A stretch of DNA of 17,235 bases, taken from positions 1 to 17,235 of the forward strand of contig JBAXOY010000064.1 in the NCBI GenBank assembly GCA_037133055.1, written 5' to 3'. Within the stretch, counting starts at the first letter, position 1. Every line of letters starts with the position of its first letter. Source of the stretch: Chlamydiota bacterium (lineage in GTDB: Bacteria > Auribacterota > Tritonobacteria > UBA1439). Positions 8,981-17,072 of the stretch are shown one piece after another. Made by a program: the position numbers and the translations under genes. Under the pieces are notes generated by a model, which was given only the letters and a program-made list of their open reading frames with translations, did not search any database and was not told where the DNA came from.

Positions 8981-9991
8981 ATGCCCGAGAGAAGCGCGTT
9001 CCTGGAAGAGGTGTTTGCCAGGGCGAGGAAGGAGCCGAAGCGGCTCGTCCTCCCCGAGGGGCACGACGAGCGCATCGTCAGGGCGGCCGGCATCATCGCG
9101 CGGATGGGGCTCGCCCACCCCATCCTCCTCGGCAACCGCGACATGATCCTCGCCCTGATACGGTCGTCGGGGGAGAGCGCCGAGGGGATCGAGATCGTCG
9201 ACCTCCATGACAACCCCAGGAGGGAGGAGTACGCGAAGACCTTCTTCGAGCTCCGCCGGCACAAGGGCGTCACACTCGAACAGGCCCGCGAGACGATGGC
9301 CTCCTGGATATACTTCGGCACCATGATGGTCTACAAGGGCGAGGCGGACTGCCTCGTCTCCGGCGCGACGCACTCGACGCGCGACACGGTCATGCCCGCG
9401 CTCCGGATCATCAAGTGCAAGAAGGGCTGCTCCCTCGTCTCGAGCCTCTTCTTCATGGTCCTCGGCAGGGACGTCTTCGCCTTCGCCGACTGCGGCGTGG
9501 TCGAGAACCCCACGAGCGATCAGCTCGCGGAGATCGCCGTCGAGACCACCGAGACGGCAATGCACTTCGGCATCCCCCCGATCATCGCGCTCCTCTCCTA
9601 CTCCACGAAAGGGTCCGCCGCGGGGCCGCTCACGAAAAAGGTGACCGACGCGGTCGAGATCGCGAAGGTAAAGATCGCCCGGCGCTTCCCGGACAACAGG
9701 GAGATCGTGATCGACGGCGAACTCCAGGTGGACGCGGCGATCGTCCCGGCGGTCGCGGCGCGGAAGGCCGCGGGGAGCCCTGTGCAGGGGAGGGCGCGGG
9801 TGCTGATCTTCCCCGACCTCAACAGCGGCAACATCGCCTACAAGCTCGTCCAGCGCCTCGCGAAGGCCGAGGCCTACGGCCCCATCCTCCAGGGCCTCGC
9901 GAAACCCGTGAACGACCTCTCCCGCGGCTGCGTCGCCGACGACGTGGTCGGGGTCGCCGCCGTCACCGTCGTCCAGGCGCAGGGCGCCTGA
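8981..9991 (+). CDS. pta: Phosphate acetyltransferase (short, class I)
   Basis: From ATG 8981 (RBS GAGGAG): RLVLPEG..VSGATHST..FADCG..LLSYSTKGS..DGELQVDAA..LIFPDLNSGNIAYKL..GPILQGLAKPVNDLSRGC. Confidence 0.95.
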   Translation: MPERSAFLEEVFARARKEPKRLVLPEGHDERIVRAAGIIARMGLAHPILLGNRDMILALIRSSGESAEGIEIVDLHDNPRREEYAKTFFELRRHKGVTLEQARETMASWIYFGTMMVYKGEADCLVSGATHSTRDTVMPALRIIKCKKGCSLVSSLFFMVLGRDVFAFADCGVVENPTSDQLAEIAVETTETAMHFGIPPIIALLSYSTKGSAAGPLTKKVTDAVEIAKVKIARRFPDNREIVIDGELQVDAAIVPAVAARKAAGSPVQGRARVLIFPDLNSGNIAYKLVQRLAKAEAYGPILQGLAKPVNDLSRGCVADDVVGVAAVTVVQAQGA

Positions 9992-10007
9992 CGCTTTCGG
10001 AGCGAAG

Positions 10008-11051
10008 ATGAATTTCATTCCTTCCTGCAGGGCCACCGCGGTCGGCAGCATGCCGTACAGGGACGCGGGCGAGGCGGTCGATCGCGTCCTCGCGGCGTTC
10101 CCGGAGATCCCCGCCTGGCCCCAGCTCCCCAACCGGTCGTTTCTCGAGAACATGTACGTGCAGTACAGCGAGGGGCTCCCCTGCCTCGTCGTGGACCGGG
10201 AGAAGGAAAGGGTGTACTTCGACACCTCGGGCGACACGATGGCGGAGATCGAGGCGTTCTACGGGAAGGTGATCGAGGCGAACCTGGACGCATTCGCGAT
10301 CAGCCGCGAATACGCCCCGGGCTTCCACCGTCTCGTCGAGGCGCTGGCCGCCGCGCCCCCCGCGGGCCTCGCCTGCGTGAAGGGCCAGATCGTCGGCCCC
10401 GTCAGCATGGGGCTCACGGTGACCGACCAGGACAAGCGCGCGATCCTCTACCACGACGAGCTGATGGACGCGGTGCTGAAGTCCATCTCGATGAAGGCGG
10501 CATGGCAGGTCCGGGAGCTGAAGAGTGTGTGCCCGAACGTGATGATCTGGCTCGACGAGCCGTACCTCGCGAGCTTCGGCTCGGCCTACGTGAGCCTCTC
10601 GGAGAAGCAGGTCCTCTCGCTCATCGGCGAGGTGACGCAGGCCATCCACGACGCCGGCGCGCTCGCGGGGATCCACTGCTGCGGGAACACTGACTGGTCG
10701 CTCCTCATGAAGGCGGGTCTCGACATCATCAACTTCGACGCCTACGGCTACTTCACGGGGATGACCTGCTATCCGGAGGCGCTGAAATCCTTCATAGGTG
10801 AAGGCCGCATCCTCGCCCTCGGCCTCGTCCCCACCTCGGACAAGATCCGGGAGGAGACGGTCGAGAGCCTTGCCGCAAAGCTCGAGGAACGCCTGGGCGC
10901 ATTGGCCCAAAAGACCGGACTCGGGACAAAGGAGATCATGGCGCAGTGTCTCCTCACGCCGAGTTGCGGCACGGGGAGCCTCTCGCCGGAGCTCACCGGC
11001 AGGATACTCGAAACGGTCAGCGGGCTCTCCCGTCGAATGCGGCGGGCGTGA
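10008..11051 (+). CDS. Cobalamin-independent 'core' methionine synthase (MetE C-terminal barrel only; MesB-like)
   Basis: TAVGSMP..PAWPQLP..KGQIVGPVS..DEPYL..GIHCCGNTDW..NFDAY..GLVPT..LLTPSCG; Zn-ligand-type HCC and PSCG motifs; 347 aa with no N-terminal folate-binding half. Confidence 0.75.
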   Translation: MNFIPSCRATAVGSMPYRDAGEAVDRVLAAFPEIPAWPQLPNRSFLENMYVQYSEGLPCLVVDREKERVYFDTSGDTMAEIEAFYGKVIEANLDAFAISREYAPGFHRLVEALAAAPPAGLACVKGQIVGPVSMGLTVTDQDKRAILYHDELMDAVLKSISMKAAWQVRELKSVCPNVMIWLDEPYLASFGSAYVSLSEKQVLSLIGEVTQAIHDAGALAGIHCCGNTDWSLLMKAGLDIINFDAYGYFTGMTCYPEALKSFIGEGRILALGLVPTSDKIREETVESLAAKLEERLGALAQKTGLGTKEIMAQCLLTPSCGTGSLSPELTGRILETVSGLSRRMRRA

Positions 11052-11068
11052 TCGCCGCTCCCCCATAC

Positions 11069-11117
11069 CGCTTCATGCGCTTCGCGCGCTTCACGCGCAT
11101 TGCACGATTCATGCGCT
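11069..11117 (+). repeat. Degenerate 9-bp tandem repeat, about 5.5 copies (CGCTTCAYG-like)
   Basis: cgcttcatg cgcttcgcg cgcttcacg cgcattgca cgattcatg cgct. Confidence 0.75.
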
Positions 11118-11125
11118 CCCCGTGC

Positions 11126-11147
11126 AGGGCACACTTAAGTGTGCCCT
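11126..11147. repeat. Perfect 22-bp palindrome AGGGCACACTTAAGTGTGCCCT (REP-like or terminator hairpin)
   Basis: Exact self-complementarity; no U-tract. Confidence 0.85.
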
Positions 11148-11210
11148 ATAGCTGTGGATAACTTTTGCTTTTCCCCGCCCTGTTTGTCCTTTACTATTGT
11201 CGCACGGATC

Positions 11211-11240
11211 TGCTATATTATGTAGTAGTGATTATCACTA
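11211..11240 (+). promoter_or_regulatory. Extended -10 promoter and palindromic operator upstream of cooC
   Basis: TGcTATATT (11211-11219), then a perfect 7-1-7 TAGTGAT-T-ATCACTA (11226-11240) ending 2 nt before the ATG. Confidence 0.6.
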
Positions 11241-11242
11241 AC

Positions 11243-11989
11243 ATGAAAATAGCCATCACGGGAAAGGGCGGCGTGGGGAAGTCAACACTGAGCGCCCTCC
11301 TCTGCAGGGAGTTCGCCCGGGAAGGGCATGCGGTGCTCGCGGTCGACGCCGACCCCGACGCCAATCTCGCGTCGGCGCTCGGGTTTCCCGACGCGGAGAC
11401 CATCAAGCCCGTCTCCGAGCTCAAGGACCTCATCAGGGAGCGCGCCGGAGACGGGGGCGGCCTCGTGCGGCTGAACCCGCGCGTGGACGACATCCCCTCG
11501 ACGCACAGCGCCGTGCACGACGGAGTGAAGCTGATCGTCATGGGCGGCATCACCCGCGCCGGGAGCGGCTGCGCGTGCCCGGCGAACGTATTCCTGAAAG
11601 AGCTTATGCGCCACATCCTCCTCGGATCGGGGGAGATCGTCGTGATGGACATGGAGGCGGGGATCGAGCACCTTGGCCGGGCGACGGCCGACAGCGTCGA
11701 CGTGCTCGTCGCGGTCGCGGAGCCGTCGGCGATGAGCATCGGCTCGGCGAAAAAGATCGCCCGCATGGCGGGGGAGATGGGGATCAGGAGGATCGCCGCC
11801 GTCGCGAACAAGACCGCCTCCGAAGACGAATCCGCCGCGGTGGCGCGGGAGCTCGCCCCGTTGGAGTTTCTCGGCGCCCTTCCGTTCAGCCGGGCGCTCC
11901 GCGACGCCGCCCTGCGGCGCGGCGCGGCGCACGGGGACCCCGCGCTCGCGGCAGCGGTGTCCCGCATCGCCCGCCTGATCGCCGGGTGA
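11243..11989 (+). CDS. cooC: CO dehydrogenase nickel-insertion ATPase CooC
   Basis: MKIAITGKGGVGKST (deviant Walker A), VDADPDANL, GSGCACP (CxC Ni site), DMEAGIEHLGR, VANK. Start re-called to ATG 11243. Confidence 0.95.
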   Translation: MKIAITGKGGVGKSTLSALLCREFAREGHAVLAVDADPDANLASALGFPDAETIKPVSELKDLIRERAGDGGGLVRLNPRVDDIPSTHSAVHDGVKLIVMGGITRAGSGCACPANVFLKELMRHILLGSGEIVVMDMEAGIEHLGRATADSVDVLVAVAEPSAMSIGSAKKIARMAGEMGIRRIAAVANKTASEDESAAVARELAPLEFLGALPFSRALRDAALRRGAAHGDPALAAAVSRIARLIAG

Positions 11990-12010
11990 GCGCGCGCGCC
12001 CCATATATCA

Positions 12011-12040
12011 TTGGCACGGGTTTCGGCGAGGGGGTATAAT
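12011..12040 (+). promoter_or_regulatory. Sigma70 promoter directly upstream of cooS
   Basis: TTGGCA (12011-12016), 18 bp, TATAAT (12035-12040). Confidence 0.65.
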
Positions 12041-12092
12041 CGGCCGCGCCGGCTTTTCCACTCCGCGCGCGGCGTGACAGGGGAATGAAACC

Positions 12093-14006
12093 ATGAAACA
12101 GACGGTCGATCGGGCGGCGCAAAAGGTGCTGGATTCCACGATTGGGCGGCAGGCGAAAACGGTGTGGGACCGGAGCGAGGCAATGGAGCCGCGGTGCGGC
12201 TTCGGAGACCTGGGAATCTGCTGCACCATCTGCCTCCAGGGCCCGTGCCGCATCGACCCGTTCGGGCCCCCGGACCAGAAGGGGTGCTGCGGGGCGGACG
12301 CCGACACGATCGCCGCGCGGAACTTCATCCGCGCCATCGCCGCGGGCTGCGCGGCGCACTCCGACCACGGCAGGGACATCGCCTCCACGCTCCTCCACGC
12401 CGCCAAGGGCGGCACGGGGGGATTCCGGATCACCGACGCTGCGAAGCTCAACGCGATTGCCGCCGAGCTGGGGATTCCCGCGGAGGGCCGCTCCCCGGAA
12501 CAGGTCGCCGAGAAGGTCGCCCTCGCATGCCTTGAGCAGTTCGCCCGCTCCCCGCTCCCGTTCATGCAGCGGGCCCCCGAGCCGCTCAAGAAGAAATGGA
12601 GCCAGGCGACCCTCTGGCCGAAGGGGATCGACCGCGAGGTCGTCGAGGTCCTCCACCGGACGCACGAGGGAGTCGACGCCGACTACCGCAACCTGATCCT
12701 CTCCGGCATCCGCGCGGCGCTCGCGGACGGCTGGGGCGGGTCCATGCTCGCCACCGAATTGAGCGACATCCTCTTCGGCTCGCCCTCCCCCATCAGGTCG
12801 AAGGCGAACCTCGGCGTCCTCAAGGCCGACGAGGTGAACATCGTCGTCCACGGGCACGAGCCCGCGCTCTCGGACATGGTCGCCCGCGCCTCTCGGGAGG
12901 GCGAGCTCCTCGACTACGCCCGGCACAAGGGGGCGAAGGGGATCAACGTCTGCGGCCTCTGCTGCACCTCGATCGAGCTGCTGATGCGGCAGGGCTACCC
13001 GGCGCTGGGGAACTTCCTCAGCCAGGAGCTCGCGATCCTCACGGGCGCGGTGGACCTGATGGTCGTGGACGTGCAGTGCGTCATGCCGGGGATCCAGGAC
13101 ATGGCGAAATGCTTCCACACCGAGCTCCTCACCACCTCGCCCAAGGCGAAGATGCCCGGCGTGAACCATCTCGAGTTCGAGGAGTCGAAGGCGCATGCGC
13201 TCGCGCACGAGATCGTCCGCCGGGCGGTGGACGCCTACACCCGCAGGCGTCCGGAACGCGTCAACATCCCCGACGAGGTGATGGACCTCGTCGCGGGATT
13301 CACCGTCGAGAACATCTTCACCAACCTCGGCGGCACCTTCCGCTCCACCTTCCGCCCGCTGAACGACGCCATCATCTCGGGACGCCTGCGCGGCGTCGCG
13401 GCCGTCATCGGCTGCAACAACGCCAAGGTGACGCAGGACGAGGGGCACCTCGCCATGACGAGGAGGCTCCTCGCCGCCGACGTGCTCGTGGTGCAGACCG
13501 GCTGCTCGGCCACGGCGTGCGCCAAGGAGGGGTTCCTCCGCCCCGAGGCCGCGCTCGAGCTCGCGGGCGAGGGGCTCCGCGAGATCTGCGAGACCGTCGG
13601 GATCCCGCCCGTCATCCACATGGGCTCGTGCGTGGACAATTCCCGGGTCTTGAGGGCGCTCTGCGAGATGGTGAAGGAGGGCGGCCTCGGCGGGGACATC
13701 AGCGACCTGCCCGTCGCCGCGGCGGCCCCCGAGGCGATGAGCGAGAAGGCCGTCTCCATCGGCTGCTACGCGGTCGGCTCCGGCGTCTTCACGGTCTTCT
13801 CCCCGCCCCCGCGCGTCGAGGGGAGCCGCAACGTCGTCGAGTTCCTCACCCGCGGGATCGAGGATGTCACCGGGGGCAAATTCTGTTTCGAGCGCGACCC
13901 GGTGAAAGGGGCCGAGGCGATGATCGCCCACATGGATGCGAAGAGAAAGGCCCTCGGCCTGAGCCCCATGATGTACAAAGAGAAGATATACAAAGAGAAA
14001 AAGTAG
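12093..14006 (+). CDS. cooS: Anaerobic Ni,Fe carbon monoxide dehydrogenase catalytic subunit
   Basis: CGFGDLGICCTICLQGPC..CG (D and B clusters); AAHSDH; C-cluster ligand motifs HGHEP, GLCCT, DVQC, GCNN, TGC and GSCVDNSR; EAMSEKA catalytic Lys. Confidence 0.97.
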   Translation: MKQTVDRAAQKVLDSTIGRQAKTVWDRSEAMEPRCGFGDLGICCTICLQGPCRIDPFGPPDQKGCCGADADTIAARNFIRAIAAGCAAHSDHGRDIASTLLHAAKGGTGGFRITDAAKLNAIAAELGIPAEGRSPEQVAEKVALACLEQFARSPLPFMQRAPEPLKKKWSQATLWPKGIDREVVEVLHRTHEGVDADYRNLILSGIRAALADGWGGSMLATELSDILFGSPSPIRSKANLGVLKADEVNIVVHGHEPALSDMVARASREGELLDYARHKGAKGINVCGLCCTSIELLMRQGYPALGNFLSQELAILTGAVDLMVVDVQCVMPGIQDMAKCFHTELLTTSPKAKMPGVNHLEFEESKAHALAHEIVRRAVDAYTRRRPERVNIPDEVMDLVAGFTVENIFTNLGGTFRSTFRPLNDAIISGRLRGVAAVIGCNNAKVTQDEGHLAMTRRLLAADVLVVQTGCSATACAKEGFLRPEAALELAGEGLREICETVGIPPVIHMGSCVDNSRVLRALCEMVKEGGLGGDISDLPVAAAAPEAMSEKAVSIGCYAVGSGVFTVFSPPPRVEGSRNVVEFLTRGIEDVTGGKFCFERDPVKGAEAMIAHMDAKRKALGLSPMMYKEKIYKEKK

Positions 14007-14042
14007 CCGCCGGCCGGAACGGGCGGGGGCGGAGAGCATCCG

Positions 14043-14552
14043 ATGAAGGGTGTCATCGTCATAGACGTCGAAAAATGCCTCGGCTGCAGGAGCTGCCAGG
14101 TGCAGTGCGCGCTGGAGCATTCCCACTCGAAGAACCTCGTCGAGGCGATCCGGGAGCGGCCCGCGCCGAGGGCGCGGGTGAGGGTCGAGGCGGTGGACGG
14201 CCTCGCGGTCCCGCTCCAGTGCCGCCACTGCGAGGATGCGCCCTGCGTCAGGGTCTGCCCGTCTCACGCGCTGGAAAAGCCGGGGATCGACGACCCGGTG
14301 TCGGTCACGAACGAGCGCTGCATCGGGTGCAGTCTCTGCATCCTCGCGTGCCCGTTCGGGGTGATCGACATGGACGTCACGGGCAAAGCGATCGTGAACT
14401 GCGACCTGTGCGTGGAGAGGCTGAAAAATGACCGGCTCCCCGCCTGCGTGGAAGGGTGCCCCACGAAGGCGCTCCAGTTCAAGAGTTTGAAGGATGTATC
14501 CTCGGGAAAACGCAGGAAATACCTCACCGCCATCGCGCGGGGCGACAGGTAG
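14043..14552 (+). CDS. cooF: CooF-type 4x[4Fe-4S] electron transfer protein
   Basis: CLGCRSCQVQC, CRHCEDAPCVRVCP, CIGCSLCILACP, CDLC..PACVEGCP; directly after cooS. Confidence 0.9.
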   Translation: MKGVIVIDVEKCLGCRSCQVQCALEHSHSKNLVEAIRERPAPRARVRVEAVDGLAVPLQCRHCEDAPCVRVCPSHALEKPGIDDPVSVTNERCIGCSLCILACPFGVIDMDVTGKAIVNCDLCVERLKNDRLPACVEGCPTKALQFKSLKDVSSGKRRKYLTAIARGDR

Positions 14553-14580
14553 CGCGCCCCCGCCCACCGAAAGGCTCCGG

Positions 14581-15081
14581 ATGCACGCCGCCGACATCAT
14601 CAGGGAGACGGACGAGATCGTCGATCGTTACGGCGCCCGGATCGCGGGCTCGATCGGCATGCTGCAGGATATCCAGGCCCGCCTGGGCTATCTGCCGAGG
14701 GAGGCGCTCACCCGCATGGCGGAGAGGATCGAGGTCCCCCTGAGCCGGATCTTCGGCCTCGCGACTTTTTACCGGGCCTTCAGCCTCAAGCCCCGCGGGA
14801 AGCATCACCTCTGCGTCTGCATGGGCACCGCCTGCCACGTCCGCGGCGCGCCGGGGCTCGTGGACGAGGTGGAGAGAAAACTCGGCGTCAAGCCCGGGGA
14901 GACCACGGACGACAACGCCTTCACCCTCGATGCGGTGAACTGCCTTGGCGCGTGCGCGCTGGGCCCCCTGATGACCATCGACGGGGAGTACTACGGGAAG
15001 ATGACGCCCGGGAAGGTGGAGCCGGTCCTGAAGAAATACCGGAAAACCGTTTCACCACGAAGGCATGAAGGAAAAAAATGA
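14581..15081 (+). CDS. HydC/NuoE-like (BfuC) [2Fe-2S] subunit
   Basis: LQDIQARLGYLP..LATFYRAFSLKPRGKH..VCMGTACHVRGA..VNCLGACALGP. Start re-called to ATG 14581. Confidence 0.92.
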   Translation: MHAADIIRETDEIVDRYGARIAGSIGMLQDIQARLGYLPREALTRMAERIEVPLSRIFGLATFYRAFSLKPRGKHHLCVCMGTACHVRGAPGLVDEVERKLGVKPGETTDDNAFTLDAVNCLGACALGPLMTIDGEYYGKMTPGKVEPVLKKYRKTVSPRRHEGKK

Positions 15082-15085
15082 CGGG

Positions 15086-15173
15086 GGGACGCAGATGAAC
15101 GCAGATCGTCAGGATAGACAGGATACGTCGTCGTATCTGCGTGAATCCTTACGCTCCTGACAATCTGCGTCCC
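15086..15173. repeat. 88-bp imperfect palindrome built from ACGCAGAT/CAGGAT units
   Basis: Outer arms GGGACGCAGAT / ATCTGCGTCCC and a central GATACG-TCGT-CGTATC share the same centre. Confidence 0.8.
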
Positions 15174-15190
15174 GACGTTGAAGCGTTGAC

Positions 15191-17068
15191 GTGGAATGCC
15201 GAATGAAGACCGCCGTGGACAGGATCGCCACCGTTGCCGATCTCGAGGCGCTGCAGAAATCCCTCGCGGCCGGGCGCGACCCCTCGAAGCCCTGCGTCGC
15301 CGTCTGCGCGGGGACGGGATGCTCGGCGTCGGGCGGTGCGCGGGTGGCCGATGCCTTCAGGGCGGAGATCGCGGCGCGGGGCCTCCAGGCCGCGGTCGAC
15401 ATCCGGACGACGGGATGCCACGGGTTCTGCGAGCGGGGCCCTCTCGTGGTGATCCACCCGCGGGGAATTTTTTACCAGAAGGTCTCTCCGGACGATGTCG
15501 CGGAGATCGTCTCCCGGACGGTCGGCGAGGGCCGCGTGATCGACCGCCTGCTCTACGTCGACCCGGCGACCGGGGAGAAAATAGTCCACGAGAACGAGGT
15601 CCCGTTCTACCGCGCGCAGACGAGGCTCATCCTCGGCGCCAACGGCAGGATCGACCCCACCCGCATCGAGGATTATATCGAGGGGGGCGGGTACCGCGCG
15701 CTCGCGAAGGCGCTTTTTTCGATGACGCCGCAGGGCGTCGTCGACGAGATCGCGGCGTCGGGACTTCGGGGGCGCGGGGGGGGCGGCTACCCGACGGGGA
15801 GGAAGTGGGACTCCTGCCGGAAGGCGGAGGGGGATGTCAAATACGTGATCTGCAACGCCGACGAGGGCGACCCCGGCGCATTCCAGGACCGGAGCCTCAT
15901 CGAGGGAAATCCGCACCGCGTGATCGAGGGGATGCTCATCGGCGGGTACGCGGTCGGCGCCCGGGAGGGGTACATCTACGTCCGCAACGAGTATCCCCTG
16001 GCCGTGAAGCACATCGGGATCGCGCTCGAGCAGGCACGCGCCCGGGGGCTCCTCGGCGAAAACATCCTCGGCTCCGGTTTTTCCTTCGACATCACGGTAA
16101 ACCGCGGCGGCGGGGCGTTCGTCTGCGGAGAGTCGAGCGCGCTCATGGCCTCGCTGGAGGGCAGGCTCGGGGAGCCCCGGTTCAAGCACGTGCACGCGAC
16201 CGAGAAGGGCCTCTGGGACAGGCCCACCGTCCTGAACAACGTCAAGACGTGGGCCACGGTCGGCGTGATACTGCGCGAGGGCGCGGCGTGGTTCGCGAAG
16301 ATAGGGACCGAAAAGAGCACGGGCACCATGCTCTTCTCGCTCGTCGGGAAGATCAACAACACCGGCCTGGTCGAGGTGCCCATGGGGATCACGCTGCGCG
16401 AGCTTGTCTTCGGAATCGGGGGAGGGATCCCCGGCGAGAAACAGTTCAAGGCGGTCCAGACCGGGGGGCCCTCGGGGGGATGCATCCCCGCCTCCCTGCT
16501 CCATCTCCCCGTGGATTACGACAGCCTCACCGCGGCGGGGTCCATGATGGGCTCGGGCAGCCTCATCGTCATGGACGAGGACGCCTGCATGGTCAACATC
16601 GCCCGGTATTTCCTCTCCTTCACCATGGAGGAGTCGTGCGGGAAGTGCACCCCGTGCCGGGAGGGGATCGAGCAGATGCTCGGGATACTCGACGCGATCA
16701 CCCGGGGCGAGGCGGGCGAGGGCGACCTCGGGCTCCTCGAGGAGCTCGGGACGATGGTGGGGCAGACGTCCCTGTGCGCCCTCGGCGGCTCCGCGCCCAA
16801 CCCGATCCTGAGCACCCTGCGGTATTTCAGGGACGAGTACCTCGCGCACATCAGGGAGAAGAGGTGCCCCGCCGGCGTCTGCCGCGCCCTGATCCGCTAT
16901 TCGATCGACGCGGCGAAATGCACCGGGTGCGGGGCCTGCGTGAAGGCGTGTCCCGAGGCCGCGATCTCGGGCGAGAAGAAAAAGCCGCACCTGCTGGACG
17001 CGGCGAAGTGCGTCACATGCGGGCTCTGCCGCGACGCGTGCAGATTCGACGCGGTCACCGTGGGATAA
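15191..17068 (+). CDS. HydB/NuoF-like (BfuB) FMN/NAD(P)-binding subunit, long form (start GTG 15191 or ATG 15203)
   Basis: N-terminal CAGTGC..GCHGFC [2Fe-2S] domain; GLRGRGGGGYPTG; CNADEGDPGA; SLBB GGPSGGC; ESCGKCTPCREG..SLCALG; AHIREKRCPAGVC; C-terminal 2x[4Fe-4S]. Confidence 0.93.
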   Translation: MECRMKTAVDRIATVADLEALQKSLAAGRDPSKPCVAVCAGTGCSASGGARVADAFRAEIAARGLQAAVDIRTTGCHGFCERGPLVVIHPRGIFYQKVSPDDVAEIVSRTVGEGRVIDRLLYVDPATGEKIVHENEVPFYRAQTRLILGANGRIDPTRIEDYIEGGGYRALAKALFSMTPQGVVDEIAASGLRGRGGGGYPTGRKWDSCRKAEGDVKYVICNADEGDPGAFQDRSLIEGNPHRVIEGMLIGGYAVGAREGYIYVRNEYPLAVKHIGIALEQARARGLLGENILGSGFSFDITVNRGGGAFVCGESSALMASLEGRLGEPRFKHVHATEKGLWDRPTVLNNVKTWATVGVILREGAAWFAKIGTEKSTGTMLFSLVGKINNTGLVEVPMGITLRELVFGIGGGIPGEKQFKAVQTGGPSGGCIPASLLHLPVDYDSLTAAGSMMGSGSLIVMDEDACMVNIARYFLSFTMEESCGKCTPCREGIEQMLGILDAITRGEAGEGDLGLLEELGTMVGQTSLCALGGSAPNPILSTLRYFRDEYLAHIREKRCPAGVCRALIRYSIDAAKCTGCGACVKACPEAAISGEKKKPHLLDAAKCVTCGLCRDACRFDAVTVG

Positions 17069-17072
17069 GGCG

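Noticed and set aside
8684..11066. 517-aa and 367-aa minus-strand ORFs
   Set aside because: Antisense to pta and the core methionine synthase; no domain signal.
11069..11150. CRISPR array
   Set aside because: Units are 9 bp without unique spacers, and there are no cas genes.
11165..11242. Hydrophobic N-terminal extension of CooC
   Set aside because: It is a translation of AT-rich promoter DNA; CooC proteins start at MKIA.
13974..13999. TACAAAGAGAA duplication at the CooS C-terminus (YKEKIYKEKK)
   Set aside because: A short duplication in a variable tail; no evidence of function.
11886..14600. 904-aa minus-strand ORF
   Set aside because: Antisense to cooS/cooF, which carry all expected motifs.
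14581..17068. Respiratory complex I nuoEF
   Set aside because: No membrane nuo genes in the window, and the F-like subunit has the extra Fe-S domains of soluble HydB-type proteins.
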